From NCBI GenBank assembly GCA_964016885.1, contig OZ024759.1, positions 4,402,001-4,466,000 of the forward strand: a DNA stretch of 64,000 nucleotides. Reading direction: 5' to 3'. A program made the translations under genes and the position numbers. Position 1 is the first letter of the stretch. Each line of letters opens with the position of its first letter. Positions 27,301 to 40,514 of the stretch are shown here, piece by piece. A model generated the notes under the pieces. It had not been told where the DNA came from. It made no database searches and saw nothing but the letters and a program-made list of their open reading frames with translations. This DNA is from Eledone cirrhosa (lineage: Eukaryota).

Positions 27301-30300
27301 GTGTCTGTGTCTACAGTGTCTGTGTGTCTACAGTGTCTGTGTGTCTACAATGTCTGTGTGTCTACAATGTCTGTGTGTCTACAGTGTCTGTGTGTCTACA
27401 GTGTCTGTGTGTCTACAGTGTCTGTGTTTCTACAGTATCTGTGTGTCTACAGTGACTGTATATACAGTGTCTGTGTGTCTACAGTGTCTGTGTGTCTACA
27501 ATGCCTTTGTCTACAGTGTCTGTGTGTCTACAGTGTCTGTGTGTCTAAAATGTCTACAGTGACTGTGTGTCTACAGTGTCTGTGTGTCTACAATGCCTTT
27601 GTCTACAGTGTTTATGTGTCTACAATGCCTGTGTCTACAGTGCCTGTGTCTACAATGTCTGTGTGTCTACAGTGTCTGTGTGTCTACAGTGTCTATGTCT
27701 ACAGTGTCTGTGTGTCTACAGTGTCTGTGTCTACAGTGTCTGTGTGTCTACAGTGTCTGTGTGTCTACAGTGTCTGTGTGTCTACAATGTCTGTGTGTCT
27801 ACAACGTCTGTGTGTCTACAATGTCTGTTTGTCTACAATGTCTGTGTGTCTACAGTGACTGTATATACAGTGTCTGTGTGTCTACAGTGTCTGTGTGTCT
27901 ACAATGCCTGTGTCTACAGTGTCTGTGTCTACTGTGTCTACAGTGTCTGTGTCTACTGTGTCTACAGTGTCTGTGTCTACAGTGTCTGAGTCTACAATGT
28001 CTGTGTGTCTACAGTGTCTGTGTGTGTACAGTGTCTGTGTCTACAGTGTCTGTGTCTACAGTGTCTGTGTCTACAGCGTCTGAGTCTACAGTGTCTGTGT
28101 GACTACAGTGTCTGTGTCTACAGTGTCTGAGTCTACAATGTCTGTGTGTCTACAATGCCTGTGTCTACAGTGTCCGTGTGTCTGTGTCTACAGTGTCTGA
28201 GTCTACAATGTATGTGTGTCTACAGTGTCTGTGCCTACAATGCCTGTGTCTACAGTGTCTGTGTGTCTACAGTGTCTGTGTCTACAGTGTCTGAGTCTAC
28301 AATGTCTGTGTGTCTACAGTGTCTGTGTCTACAATGTCTGTGTCTACAGTGTCCGTGTGTCTGTCTACAGAGTCTGTGTGTCTACAGTGTCTGTGTCTAC
28401 AGTGACTGTGTGTCTACAGTGTCTGTGTGTCTACAATATGTGTCCACAGTGTCCGTGTGTCTGTCTACAGTGTCTGTGTGTCTACAGTGTCTGTGTCTAC
28501 AGTGCCTGTGTGTCTACGTCTGTGTGTCTACACTGTCTGTCTGTCTACAGTGTTTGTGTGTCTACAGTGTCTGTGTGTCTACACTGTCTGTCTGTCTACA
28601 GTGTTTGTGTGTCTACAGTGTCTGTGTTTCTACAGTGTCTGGGTGTCTACAGTGACTATATATACAGTGTCTGTGTGTCTACAGTGTCTGTGTGTCTACA
28701 GTGTCTGTGTGTCTACAATGTCTGTGTCTACAGTGTCTGTGTGTCTAAAATGTCTGTGTCTACAGTGACTGTGTGTCTACAGTGTCTGTGTGTCTACAAT
28801 GTCTGTGTGTCTACAATGTCTGTGTGTCTACAATGTCTGTGTGTCTACAGTGTCTGTGTCTACAGTGCCTGTGTCTCTACAGTGTCTGTGCCTACAATGC
28901 CTGTGTCTACAGTGTCTGTGTCTACAGTGTCTGTGTCTACAGTGTCTGAGTCTACAATGTCTGTGTGTCTACAGTGTCTGTGTCTACAGTGTCTGTGTCT
29001 ACAGTGACTGTGTGTCTACAGTGTCTGTGTGTCTACAATATGTGTCTACAGTGTCTGTGTCTACAGTGTCTGTGTGTCTACACTGTCTGTCTGTCTACAG
29101 TGTTTGTGTGTCTAAAGTGTCTGTGTGTCTACAATGTATGTGTGTATACAGTGTCTGTGTGTCTACGTCTGTGTGTCTACAGTGTCTGTGTGTCTACAGT
29201 GTCTGTGTCTCTACATTGTCTGTGTGTCTACAGTGTCTGTGTCTACAGTGTCTGTGTGTCTACAGTGTCTGTGTGTCTACAATGCCTGTGTCTACAGTGT
29301 ATGTGTGTCTACAGTGTCTGTGTGTCTACAGTGTCTGTGTCTACTGTGTCTACAGTGTCTGTGTCTACTGTGTCTACAGTGTCTGTGTCTACAATGTCTG
29401 TGTGTCTACAGAGTCTGTGTGTGTACAGTGTCTGTGTCTACAGTGTCTGAGTCTACAATGTCTGTGTGTCCGTGTGTCTGTGTCTACAGTGTCTGTGTCT
29501 ACAGTGTCTGAGTCTACAGTGCCTGTGTCTACAGTGTCTGTGTGTCTACAGTGTCTGTGTCTACAGTGTCTGAGTCTACAATGTCTGTGTGTCTACAATG
29601 CCTGTGTCTACAGTGTCCGTGTGTCTGTGTCTACAGTGTCTGAGTCTACAATGTATGTGTGTCTACAGTGTCTGTGCCTACAATGCCTGTGTCTACAGTG
29701 TCTGTGTCTAAAGTGTCTGTGTCTACAATGTCTGTGTGTCTACAGTGTCTGTATCTACAGTGTCTGTGTGTCTAAAATGTCTGTGTCTACAGTGACTGTG
29801 TGTCTACAGTGTCTGTGTGTCTACAATGTTTGTGTGTCTACAGTGTCTGTGTGTCTACAGTGTCTGTGTCTACAATGTCTGTGTGTCTACAGTGTCTGTG
29901 TCTACAGTGTCTGTGTGTCTAAAATGTCTGTGTCTACAGTGACTGTGTGTCTACAGTGTCTGTGTGTCTACAATGTTTGTGTGTCTACAGCGTCTGTGTG
30001 TCTACAGTGTCTGTGTCTACAATGTCTGTGTGTCTACAGTGTCTGTGTCTACAGTGTCTGTGTCTACAGTGTCTGTGTGTCTAAAATGTCTGTGTCTACA
30101 GTGACTGTGTGTCTACAGTGTCTCTGTGTCTACAATGCCTGTGTCTACAGTGTCTGTGTGTCTACAGTGTCTGTGTCTACAGTGTCTGTGTGTCTACAGT
30201 GTCTGTGTGTCTACAATGTCTGTGTGTCTACAATGTCTGTGTGTCTACAGTGTCTGTGTGTCTACAGTGACTGTATATACAGTGTCTGTGTGTCTACAGT

Positions 30301-33300
30301 GTCTGTGTGTCTACAATGCCTTTGTCTACAGTGTCTGTGTGTCTACAATGTCTGTGTCTACAGTGTCTGTGTGTCTAAAATGTCTACAGTGACTGCGTGT
30401 CTACAGTGTCTGTGTGTCTACAATGTCTGTGTGTCTACAGTGTCTGTGTGTCTACAGTGTTTCTGTGTCTACAGTGTCTGTGTCTACAATGTCTGTGTGT
30501 CTACAGTGTCTGTGTCTACAGTGTCTGTGTGTCAAAAATGTCTGTGTCTACAGTGACTGTGTGTCTACAGTGTCTGTGTGTCTACAATGTTTGTGTGTCT
30601 ACAGTGTCTGTGTGTCTACACTGTCTGTGTCTACAATGTCTGTGTGTCTACAGTGTCTGTGTCTACAGTGTCTACAGTGTCTGTGTCTACAGTGTCTGTG
30701 TCTACAGTGTCTGTGTGTCTACAGTGTCTGTGTGTCTACAATGTCTGTGTTTCTACAGTGTCTGTGTGTCTACAGTGACTGTATATACAACGTATGTATG
30801 TCTACAGCGTCTGTGTGTCTACAGTGTCTGTGTGTCTACAATGCCTGTGTCTACAGTGTATGTGTGTCTACAGTGTCTGTGTCTACAGTGTCTGTGTCTA
30901 CTGTGTCTACAGTGTCTGTGTCTACAGTGTCTGAGTCTACAATGTCTGTGTGTCTATAGTGTCTGTGTGTGTACAGTGTCTGTGTCTACAGTGTCTGTGT
31001 CTACAGTGTCTGTGTCTACAGTGTCTGAGTCTACAGTGCCTGTGTCTACAGTGTCTGTGTGTCTACAGTGTCTGTGTCTACAGTGTCTGAGTCTACCATG
31101 TCTGTGTGTCTACAATGCCTGTGTCTACAGTGTCCGTGTGTCTGAGTCTACAATGCATGTGTGTCTACAGTGTCTGTGCCTACAATGCCTGTGTCTACAG
31201 TGTCTGTGTGTCTACAGTGTCTGTGTCTACAGTGTCTGAGTCTACAATGTCTGTGTGTCTACAGTGTCTGTGTCTACAATGTCTGTGTCTACAGTGTCCG
31301 TGTGTCTGTCTACAGTGTCTGTGTGTCTACAGTGGCTGTGTCCACAGTGACTGTGTGTCTACAGTGTCTGTGTGTCTACAATATGTGTCTACAGTGTCCG
31401 TGTGTCTGTCTACAGTGTCTGTTTGTCTACAGTGTCTGTGTCTACAGTGTCTGTGTCTACAGTGTCTGTGTCTACAGTGTCTGTGTCTCTACATTGTCTG
31501 TGTGTCTACAATGTCTGTGTCTACAGTGTCTGGGTGTCTACAGTGTCTGTGTGTCTGTGTGGCTACAATGTCTGTGTGTCTACAGTGTCTGTGGTTCTAC
31601 AGTGTCTGTGTGTCTGTGTGGCTACAATGTCTGTGTGTCTACAGTGTCTTAGTCAACAGTTTCTGTGTCAACAGTGTCTGTGTCTACAGTGTCTGTGTGT
31701 CTACAATGTCTGTGTCTACAGTGTCTGTATGTCTACAGTGTCTGTGTGTCTACAGTGTGTGTGTGTCTACAGTGTCTGTGTGTCTACAGTGTCTGTGTGC
31801 CTACAATGTCTGTGTGTCTACAGTGTCTGTGTCTACAGTGTCTGTGTGTCTACAGTGTCTGTGTGTCTACAGTGTCTGTGTGTCTACAGTGTCTGTGTCT
31901 ACAGTGTCTGTGTCTACAGTGTCTGTGTGTCTACAGTGTCTGTGTGTCTACAGTGTCTGTGTGCCTACAATGTCTGTGTGTCTACAGTGTCTGTGTCTAC
32001 AGTGTCTGTGTCTACAGTGTCTGTGTCTACAGTGTCTGTGTGTCTACAATGTCTGTGTGTCTACAATGTCTGTGTGTCTACAGTGTCTGTGTGTCTACAG
32101 TGTCTGTGTGTCTACAGTGTCTGTGTGTCTACAGTTTCTGTGTCTACAGTGTCTGAGTCTACAGTGCCTGTGTCTACAGTGTCTGTGTGTCTACAGTGTC
32201 TGTGTCTACAGTGTCTGAGTCTACAATGTCTGTGTGTCTACAATGCCTGTGTCTACAGTGTCCGTGTGTCTGTGTCTACAGTGTCTGAGTCTACAATGCA
32301 TGTGTGTCTACAGTGTCTGTGCCTACAATGCCTGTGTCTACAGTGTCTGTGTGTCTACAGTGTCTGTGTCTACAGTGTCTGAGTCTACAATGTCTGTGTG
32401 TCTACAGTGTCTGTGTCTACAATGTCTGTGTCTACAGTGTCCGTGTGTCTGTCTACAGTGTCTGTGTGTCTACAGTGTCTGTGTCCACAGTGACTGTGTG
32501 TCTACAGTGTCTGTGTGTCTACAATATGTGTCTACAGTGTCCGTGTGTCTGTCTACAGTGTCTGTTTGTCTACAGTGTCTGTGTCTACAGTGTCTGTGTC
32601 TACAGTGTCTGTGTCTCTACATTGTCTGTGTGTCTACAATGTCTGTGTCTACAGTGTCTGGGTGTCTACAGTGTCTGTGTGTCTGTGTGGCTACAATGTC
32701 TGTGTGTCTACAGTGTCTGTGGTTCTACAGTGTCTGTGTGTCTGTGTGGCTACAATGTCTGTGTGTCTACAGTGTCTTAGTCAACAGTTTCTGTGTCAAC
32801 AGTGTCTGTGTCTACAGTGTCTGTGTGTCTACAATGTCTGTGTCTACAGTGTCTGTATGTCTACAGTGTGTGTGTGTCTACAGTGTCTGTGTGTCTACAG
32901 TGTCTGTGTGCCTACAATGTCTGTGTGTCTACAGTGTCTGTGTCTACAGTGTCTGTGTGTCTACAATGTCTGTGTCTACAGTGTGTGTGTCTACAGTGTC
33001 TGTGTGTCTACAGTGTCTGTGTGTCTACAGTGTCTGTGTCTACAGTGTCTGTGTCTACAGTGTCTGTGTGTCTACAGTGTCTGTGTGTCTACAGTGTCTG
33101 TGTGCCTACAATGTCTGTGTGTCTACAGTGTCTGTGTCTACAGTGTCTGTGTCTACAGTGTCTGTGTCTACAGTGTCTGTGTCTACAGTGTCTGTGTGTC
33201 TACAATGTCTGTGTGTCTACAATGTCTGTGTGTCTACAGTGTCTGTGTGTCTACAGTGTCTGTGTGTCTACAGTGTCTGTGTGTCTACAGTTTCTGTGTC

Positions 33301-33330
33301 TACAGTGTCAGTGTCTACAGTGTCTGTGTC
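6320..33330. repeat. ~27 kb satellite array of mixed 17-bp (gtctacagtgtctgtgt) and 15-bp (gtctacagtgtctgt) units with higher-order structure
   Basis: Continuous tandem array. Variant units recur at spacings of ~5.0 kb, ~2.06 kb and ~1.13 kb. Confidence 0.97.
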
Positions 33331-34650
33331 CCACTGTCCCTCTATATTGTCCGACTCTAAATGCTCTTCCTTACTGTCGAAAGCATCAAGTAATATGCTT
33401 TGAAATTTATTTCTGGCTGTGGGGTCCTTTAGCTTCCATATTTTTCTCTTGAGGATAGTCCTCTTCTGCTGTCGAGTACGTCTCGTCCTGACTATGAGGT
33501 CGCTAATTATCAGTCTATGTTGGGAGGTGCTTTCTTCATGGGGGAGGGATTTAGTGTTTACAACAGACACTCTGTCACGTCTTCTGGTAAGGATATAATC
33601 TACCTGGCTGGTATGTTCCCCTGATCTGTAGATGATCAAGCGATTGTCTCGTTTTTTGAAGTTAGTGTTACAGATAGTTAGCCTATTTGCGTCACAGAAT
33701 TCCAGGGTTCTGGAGCCTTCCTCATTTCTAGTACCAAACCCATAGCCTCCGTGGATTCCGTCATAACCGTCACAATGTTGTCCAATGTGACCATTTAGGT
33801 CGCCAGCAATAGTTATATAGTCACTGTCGGTTATTTGGGAGGTAGTGAGCATCAGTGTCTCATAGAATCTGTCTTTTATAGCGCCAGGCAGTCCGGATTG
33901 GGGCGCGTACGCAGATATTACTGTCACAGTAGTACTATTTTGAACAAGTCTTATTTTAATTATTCTGTCATTCACTCTATTTACGTCTATTATCTTATCC
34001 ACCCATTTTTCTGCTAACATGATTCCTACCCCACCCAGCCCATTGTCATTTCCCAGCCAGAAAAGCTTATAGCATCGTTTTTACCCACAATGAATCTAGC
34101 AGACCCGCCCCTCCACCTGATCTCTTGGATACAGCAAACATCAACCTCCTTACGTTCAAGCATTTCTACAACCTCGTTAGAGCGGCCTTTTAAGGTGCCT
34201 ACATTCATGGTACCAACTCTGAAGTTTTGGATTGCGTTTGGTGGGTAGAGCGCAGGGAGGGGTGAGGGGGATGGGGTTGGGGTTATGTTGGCCATCCGCG
34301 GCCGCAACAAAGAGGAGGAGGCCTTGCCCTTTCGTCCGGCAGCATGACGTGAATTTGTCGTTATCTTTGGCATTGTCTTCGAGTGTCCAGATTCTTCAGA
34401 CTCTCCAGAAATTACTTAGTCCATCCATCATATCGAAAAGTAACCAGAAGTGATAGCATAGGCCGTTGACTTGTGATTGGTCCAAATAATAAAGGTGGAG
34501 AGTGGGGGAGGGAGGGGTATGGGGTAGTTAGCGAGGAGAAGATTATTTAGAACAGTCAGACAGAATTATAGAATAGCAATTATGAAGTAGGATTTGGATT
34601 CTGGGCGATTATAGATATATGGATGAATGAACTGAAGGGTGGGAGACAAG
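33331..34650 (-). mobile_element. RTE-clade LINE, 5' portion (APE endonuclease; BCNT/CFDP2-like), frameshifted and cut off by the satellite
   Basis: RVGTMNVGTLKGR..CCIQEIRW, then after a frameshift at ~34080 GVGIMLAEKW..ISAYAPQ..IAGDLNGHIG..SQVDYIL..SQHRLI. These are APE endonuclease motifs. Confidence 0.9.
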
Positions 34651-34698
34651 AAGAAAATGTTATTTATACATTACATTTCATATGTATATTTATATATT

Positions 34699-34742
<44 letters not shown>

Positions 34743-34745
<3 letters not shown>

Positions 34746-35220
34746 GGAAAAGATGAAACGATATTTCATTTCCCACTCTTAGTACGGCTGTTACTTAAAT
34801 ATAAGTATGTACACGTACACACATATATGCATACCGACGTACAGTAGTATGTATATATATATATACATACATGCACACATATATATATGCACATATGGAT
34901 TCACCGAATATTTATTATAATGCTCGGTGTGTTTGTAAACAAACATCCCGTATTAAGCCGTAGTGTCTAGCAACCACCGTTGCTCGTTTGTAGCCCGTTA
35001 ATATGCATAAGGTAAGTATATACGTTCAACAATCTGGCAGGAAGGTATACGTTGCTGACGATAGCTAACAAGCTTGAAACTAGTACAGCATTCCTTTGTC
35101 AGTGTTGAACAAACGAGCAACGGTGGTTGCTAGACACTACGGCTTAATACGGGATGTTTGTTTACAAACATTATAATAAATATTATAATAAATATTCGGT
35201 GAATCCATACGTGCATATAT
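34743..35220. mobile_element. Penelope-like repeat (family 1 relative) with internal inversion and hammerhead
   Basis: Homologous to 43578-43990. Arms ~34880-34990 and ~35108-35220 are inverted. Confidence 0.7.
35049..35091 (+). ncRNA. Minimal type-I hammerhead ribozyme (family 1)
   Basis: gttg-CTGACGA-t agct aaca agct t-GAAA-ctag-TA-cagc: intact core, stem II, palindromic minimal stem III, GUA cleavage triplet and short stem I. Confidence 0.75.
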
Positions 35221-35779
35221 ATATTAATCTGTTATTTTAATAAATATTTTCTCTACAGTTCTTATATATTTGATATATATTTATCCTTATTGAGCCCTCT
35301 TTGGATTTTAGTCTTCAATTTTATTATTATTACTATATATATATATATATATACACATATAATTGTGTATTCACACATTATCTTAGTAATGATATAATAA
35401 TTTTAGTAAATTGTTCAAAATTCTTCATTAACCATTTTGGTAGAAACCCAGCCAAAATAGGTTCTCGTTATATGGAAATGGTTCCTATCTAAATTAAAGT
35501 CTTCCAACGAAATTCTATATAACAACCATATGTTATGTTACTATGTTAGTAATTAACTAACAATTGTGATAAATAGCCCAAATTATTCATAATTAATTGA
35601 AATACGAGGTTCATAATTATAATAAAATCTTCGAACAGGCTACGAAGCCGGTAAACCTTAAAGGTACGCAACACACACATCGCTATAGCGTTTCACCAGC
35701 CAATTCATTCCTCAATCATTACATAGATGTGTGTGTATGTAATAAATATTTTGTATTGTGTCTATTTATGAATATGTAT

Positions 35780-37180
35780 GAGTAGATGTGTGTGTGTGTG
35801 TAACACAGTAGATGTGTGTGTGTGTGTAACACAGTAGATGTGTGTGTATATAACACAGTAGATGTGTGTATATCACACAGTACATGTGTGTGTATGTAAC
35901 TCAGTAGATGTGTGTGTATGTAACCCAGTAGATGTATGTGTATGTAACTCAGTAGATGTGTGTGTATGTAATACAGTAGATGTGGGTATGTAACACAGTA
36001 GATGTGTGTATGTAACATAGTAGATGTGTGTATGTAACACAGTAGATGTGTGTGTATATAACACAGTAGATGTTTGTGTATGTAACACAGTAGATGTGTG
36101 TAACACAGTAGATGTGTGTGTATGTAACACAATAGATGTGTGTGTATATAACACAGATGTGTGTGTATGTAACACAGTAGATGTGTGTGTATGTAACACA
36201 GTAGATGTGTGTGTATGTAACACAGTAGATGTGTGTGTATGTAACATAGTAGATGTGTGTATGTAACACAGTAGATGTGTGTATTGTAACACAATAGATG
36301 TGTGTGTATGTAACACTGTAGATCTCTGTATATGTAACACAGTAGATGTGTGTATGTAACACAGTAGATGTGTGTGTATGTAATACAGTAGGTGTGTGTG
36401 TATGTAACACAGTAGATGTGTGTGTATGTAACACAGTAGATGTGTGTGTATGTAACACAGTAGATGTGTGTGTATGTAACACAGTAGATGTGAGTGTATG
36501 TAACTCAGTAGATGTGAGTGTATGTAACCCAGTAGATGTGTGTAACACAATAGATGTGTGTGTATATAACACAATAGATGTGTGTGTATGTAACACAGTA
36601 GATGTGTGTGTATGTAACACAGTAGATGTGTTTGTATGTAACACAGTAGATGTGTGTGTATGTAACACATTAGATGTGTGTGTCTGTAACACAGTAGATG
36701 TGTGTGTATGTAACACAATAGATGTGTGTGTATATAACACAGTAGAAACGTGTGTTTATGTAACACAGTAGATGTGTGTGTATGTAACCCAGTAGATGTG
36801 TGCGTATATAACCCAGTAGATGTGTGTATGTAACACAGTAGATGTATGTGTATGTAACCCAGTAGATGTGTGTATGTAAGACAGTAGATGTGTGTGTATC
36901 TAAGACAGTAGATGTGTGCATGTAACACAGTAGATGTGTGTGTATGTAACACAGTAGATGTGTGTGTATGTAACACAATAGATGTGTGTGTATGTAACAC
37001 TGTAGATCTCTGTATATGTAACACAGTAGATGTGTGTATGTAACACAGTAGATGTGTGTGTATGTAACACAGTAGGTGTGTGTGTATGTAACACAGTAGA
37101 TGTGTGTGTATGTAAGACAGTAGATGTGTGTGTATGTAAGACAGTAGATGTGTGTGTATGTAACACAGTAGATGTATATA
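35780..37180. repeat. Minisatellite, ~22-24 bp unit (gtaacacagtagatgtgtgtgtat)
   Basis: Tandem repeats. The variant cactgtagatctctg occurs twice ~685 bp apart. Confidence 0.93.
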
Positions 37181-38014
37181 TAACTAAAGTGTAACGTAAG
37201 TTAAAATGGACGACAAAATGACTTTAACTTGTTTTTTAACAATTGATGGTGGAAAAGATTTTAAATTGTCTTAACTCAGACCATAAAGGGCTGCAACACA
37301 TGGTGTTTGACACTCTTACCGGCTACATAGCCAGGGATTCTATTTTACGGGGTCCGGTTACATAGCTTCTTCTTAAAAATCTTCCAACATAATTTTATAC
37401 AAGAACCACATGTTAAGTTACTAATAAAATAATTAATAATTAAAAACTTCAGTAAATCCTTCAAATGATATCTCAGTAATGAAATAATTAATAATTGTTA
37501 TAAATACCTCAAAATTCCTCATTAATTAAACCCCAGACAGGTAAAAACTCCAGAGTCTTTCAGTCGGACATGAAACAAATTCATTTCTAATGGAAAAAGT
37601 AAAGATTGTAAAGTCAGCCAAGGGAGATCACTCTCAGCGACTTATTGTAAATCTTGTTCGTGAATTAATCCGGATTAAATTATTCTGGTGTATTTTGTGT
37701 GGAGGAAACCGGGTTTACGCGGTGATAGCGCGTAATTCAAGAACGTATGGTTCGTGAGACCGGGTAGTCTGTGCGTTGGCCCCTTGAACAAAACATTTCT
37801 CCCAGCTGGCAAAACTAATAAGTTGTACCAGTAATTATAGGGTAACGTTGTTACATAGAATTGTCACACTGAATCTCTCTGAGAACAATGTCAACGGTAC
37901 ACGTGTCAATGAAATACCCAGACGCATTATAATATAAGATGGATTCTATATGTATTTAAAAAGGAAGGCATGTCACACGTTTTGTCTCGCTGAATCTCCC
38001 TGTGAACTATGTAA

Positions 38015-38968
38015 ATACTAGTGACTATCAGACATAGTGTATCTCGGACTACATTATCTAATGTACAGTACAGTAGTTAGTATTAGTGGTTATCAGAGAT
38101 AGTATATCTAGGACTACATTATCTAATGTACAGTACAGTAGTCAGTATTACTGGCTATCAGACATAGTGTATCTAGGACTACATTATCTAATGTACAGTA
38201 CAGTAGTTAGTATTAGTGACTATCAGACATAGTGTATCTAGGACTACATTATCTAATGTACAATACAGTAGTTAGTATCAGTGGCTATCAGACATAGTGT
38301 ATCTAGGACTACATTATCTAATGTACAGTACAGTAGTTAGTATTAGTGGCTATCAGACATAGTGTATCTAGGACTACATTATCTAATGTACAGTACAGTA
38401 GTTAGTATTAGTGGCTATCAGACATAGTATATCTAGGACTACATTATCTAATGTACAGTACAGTAGTTAGTATTAGTGGCTATCAGACAGTGTATCTAGG
38501 ACTACATTACCTAATGTACAGTACAGTAGTTAGTATTAGTGGCTATCAGACATAGTGTATCTAAGACTACCTTATCTAATGTACAATATAGTAGTTAGTA
38601 TTACTGGCTATCAGACATAGTGTATCTAGGAATACATTATCTAATGTACAATATAGTAGTTAGTATTACTGGCTATCAGGCATAGTGTATCTAGGAATAC
38701 ATTACCTATTGTACAGTGTAGTAGTTAGTATTAGTGGCTACCAGACATAGTGTATCTAGGACTACATTACATAATGTACAGTACAGTAATCAGTATTAGA
38801 GGCTATCAGAGATAGTGTATCTAGGACTACATTATCTAATGTACAGTACAGTAGTTAGTATTAGTGGCTATCAGGCATAGTGTATCTAGGACTACATTAT
38901 CTAATATACAGTACAGTAGTTAGTATTAGTGGCTATCAGGCATAGTGTATCTAAGACTACATTATCTT
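38015..38968. repeat. Minisatellite, 65-bp unit, ~14-15 copies
   Basis: ggactacattatctaatg recurs at 38111, 38176, 38241 and onward. Confidence 0.95.
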
Positions 38969-38999
38969 AACTGCACATAGCATCCAACCCTGACAGTAT

Positions 39000-39225
39000 G
39001 GTGTCCTGGAAATATGTACATTCAAAGCAGAGACCTCACTCTTCAGTTGGTCCTCTTCACAATCTCCACACAAGCCAGGTTACTGACGACCCAAGAAATG
39101 CACAGAATTCATTGTTGAAAGAAATGGAGGCATTTTCACTGTTGAAGACCAAAATGTACCATCTCCACCACCTCTGACATCAGATTCTATTACAACTATG
39201 GAATTTAGACCTGCAATGCCACCTT
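39000..39225 (+). mobile_element. Decayed LINE (CR1/Jockey-like) linker fragment
   Basis: Translates to ..IFTVEDQNVPSPPPLTSDSITTMEF.., resembling the pre-RT linker of such LINEs. Confidence 0.4.
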
Positions 39226-39482
39226 ACAAAACCTCTACGTAGTCTTTCTAACTGCTAGAAATAGCAGCGATATTATCCATTACAACTTCGTTTTTTTGTT
39301 TAAAATATCCAAAGTTTAGTTATGAAATCAACAGCAAGTCCTTTGCACAGACTTCGGAATAAACTCGAAGACCGTCAAAATATCATTCTCCTTCTCTCTC
39401 TCTTTAAACAAAGAATAGCTGCTTTCAACCTTAACGGGATCTTCTGAAACTCATTATTTTAATCAATAGTTGCTCTACGGCT

Positions 39483-39534
<52 letters not shown>

Positions 39535-39627
39535 GTAATTCCGTCGGAAAAGTGCAGGAAAAAAGAGTGCTCTATGTAGGCAACAGAGCTTAATTATTAT
39601 TATGTAATAAACAACATAAGGCAATTA

Positions 39628-39687
39628 TTCCATTTACCAGTGGTTTCTTAAAAGCAAAAGGTTTTGCTTTCAATCCTCAGAATGAAA
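39628..39687 (-). ncRNA. Type-I hammerhead ribozyme (family 2)
   Basis: Reverse complement of 42770-42829: ttcatt-CTGAGGA-long hairpin-GAAA-ccactgg-TA-aatgga. Confidence 0.8.
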
Positions 39688-39832
39688 AAATCCTGGTTTG
39701 TTTATTGAATTTGGATTTTAAAAAACAAAAATGCAAACTATATGAAAGTGAGGCTGGAGAAGGGAGAAGGAAAGGAAAAATAAAATAAAACTACACATGC
39801 AAACACACACACAAAAACACAAAAGCATACAT

Positions 39833-39899
<67 letters not shown>

Positions 39900-40147
39900 C
39901 ACATATATATAAAAAAAAACATTGACACTCCTATGATAAATCAACCGCCTTGAAATCCTTCCCTGCTCTTTACTTCTGCTACGGTTTTTATTTTGCTGAT
40001 TCTACGTTCTGTACTCTTGTATATTTACTTATTTTTTTCTCCCTTACCTCCCCTTATATTTTACCTTTTCTTATGCCCCCCCCCCATATATTCTGTTTGC
40101 CTTGCCCTTCACATACCTATGTGTATGTGTATGTATATTTGTGTGTA

Positions 40148-40216
<69 letters not shown>

Positions 40217-40293
40217 GTGTGTGTATGTGTATGTGTGTATATATATGTATATATTTGTGTGTGTGTATGTATATGTGGATAAACCAGGGTTTT

Positions 40294-40353
40294 TTTCATT
40301 CTGAAGATTGAAGGAAAAATTTTTTGCTTTTAAGAAACCACTGGTGAATGGAA
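40294..40353 (+). ncRNA. Hammerhead ribozyme family 2, probably inactive copy
   Basis: CTGAAGA..GAAA ccactgg TG aatgg. The cleavage triplet is GUG (not NUH) and stem II has mismatches. Confidence 0.6.
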
Positions 40354-40514
40354 TAATTGCCTTATGTTGCTTTATTACTTTACTACTATATATACGTATA
40401 TGTAAGGTTCATATGAATTATCTAAGACTGAGTCTTACACATACACACATGTATGTGTGTGTGTGTGTATGTGTATGCATGTGTATATATATGTATGTAT
40501 ATGTATGTATGTAT

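Noticed and set aside
6313-33452. Hundreds of long Cys-rich ORFs ([17 protein letters not shown]) resembling metallothionein or keratin-associated proteins
   Set aside because: All three + frames are open only because the repeat unit lacks stop codons. Unit lengths of 15 and 17 shift frame freely, so there is no frame conservation.
38015-38968. Regular repeats that might suggest a CRISPR array (also the 51-bp and 72-bp arrays)
   Set aside because: Units are head-to-tail with no unique spacers, there are no cas genes, and the context is eukaryotic.
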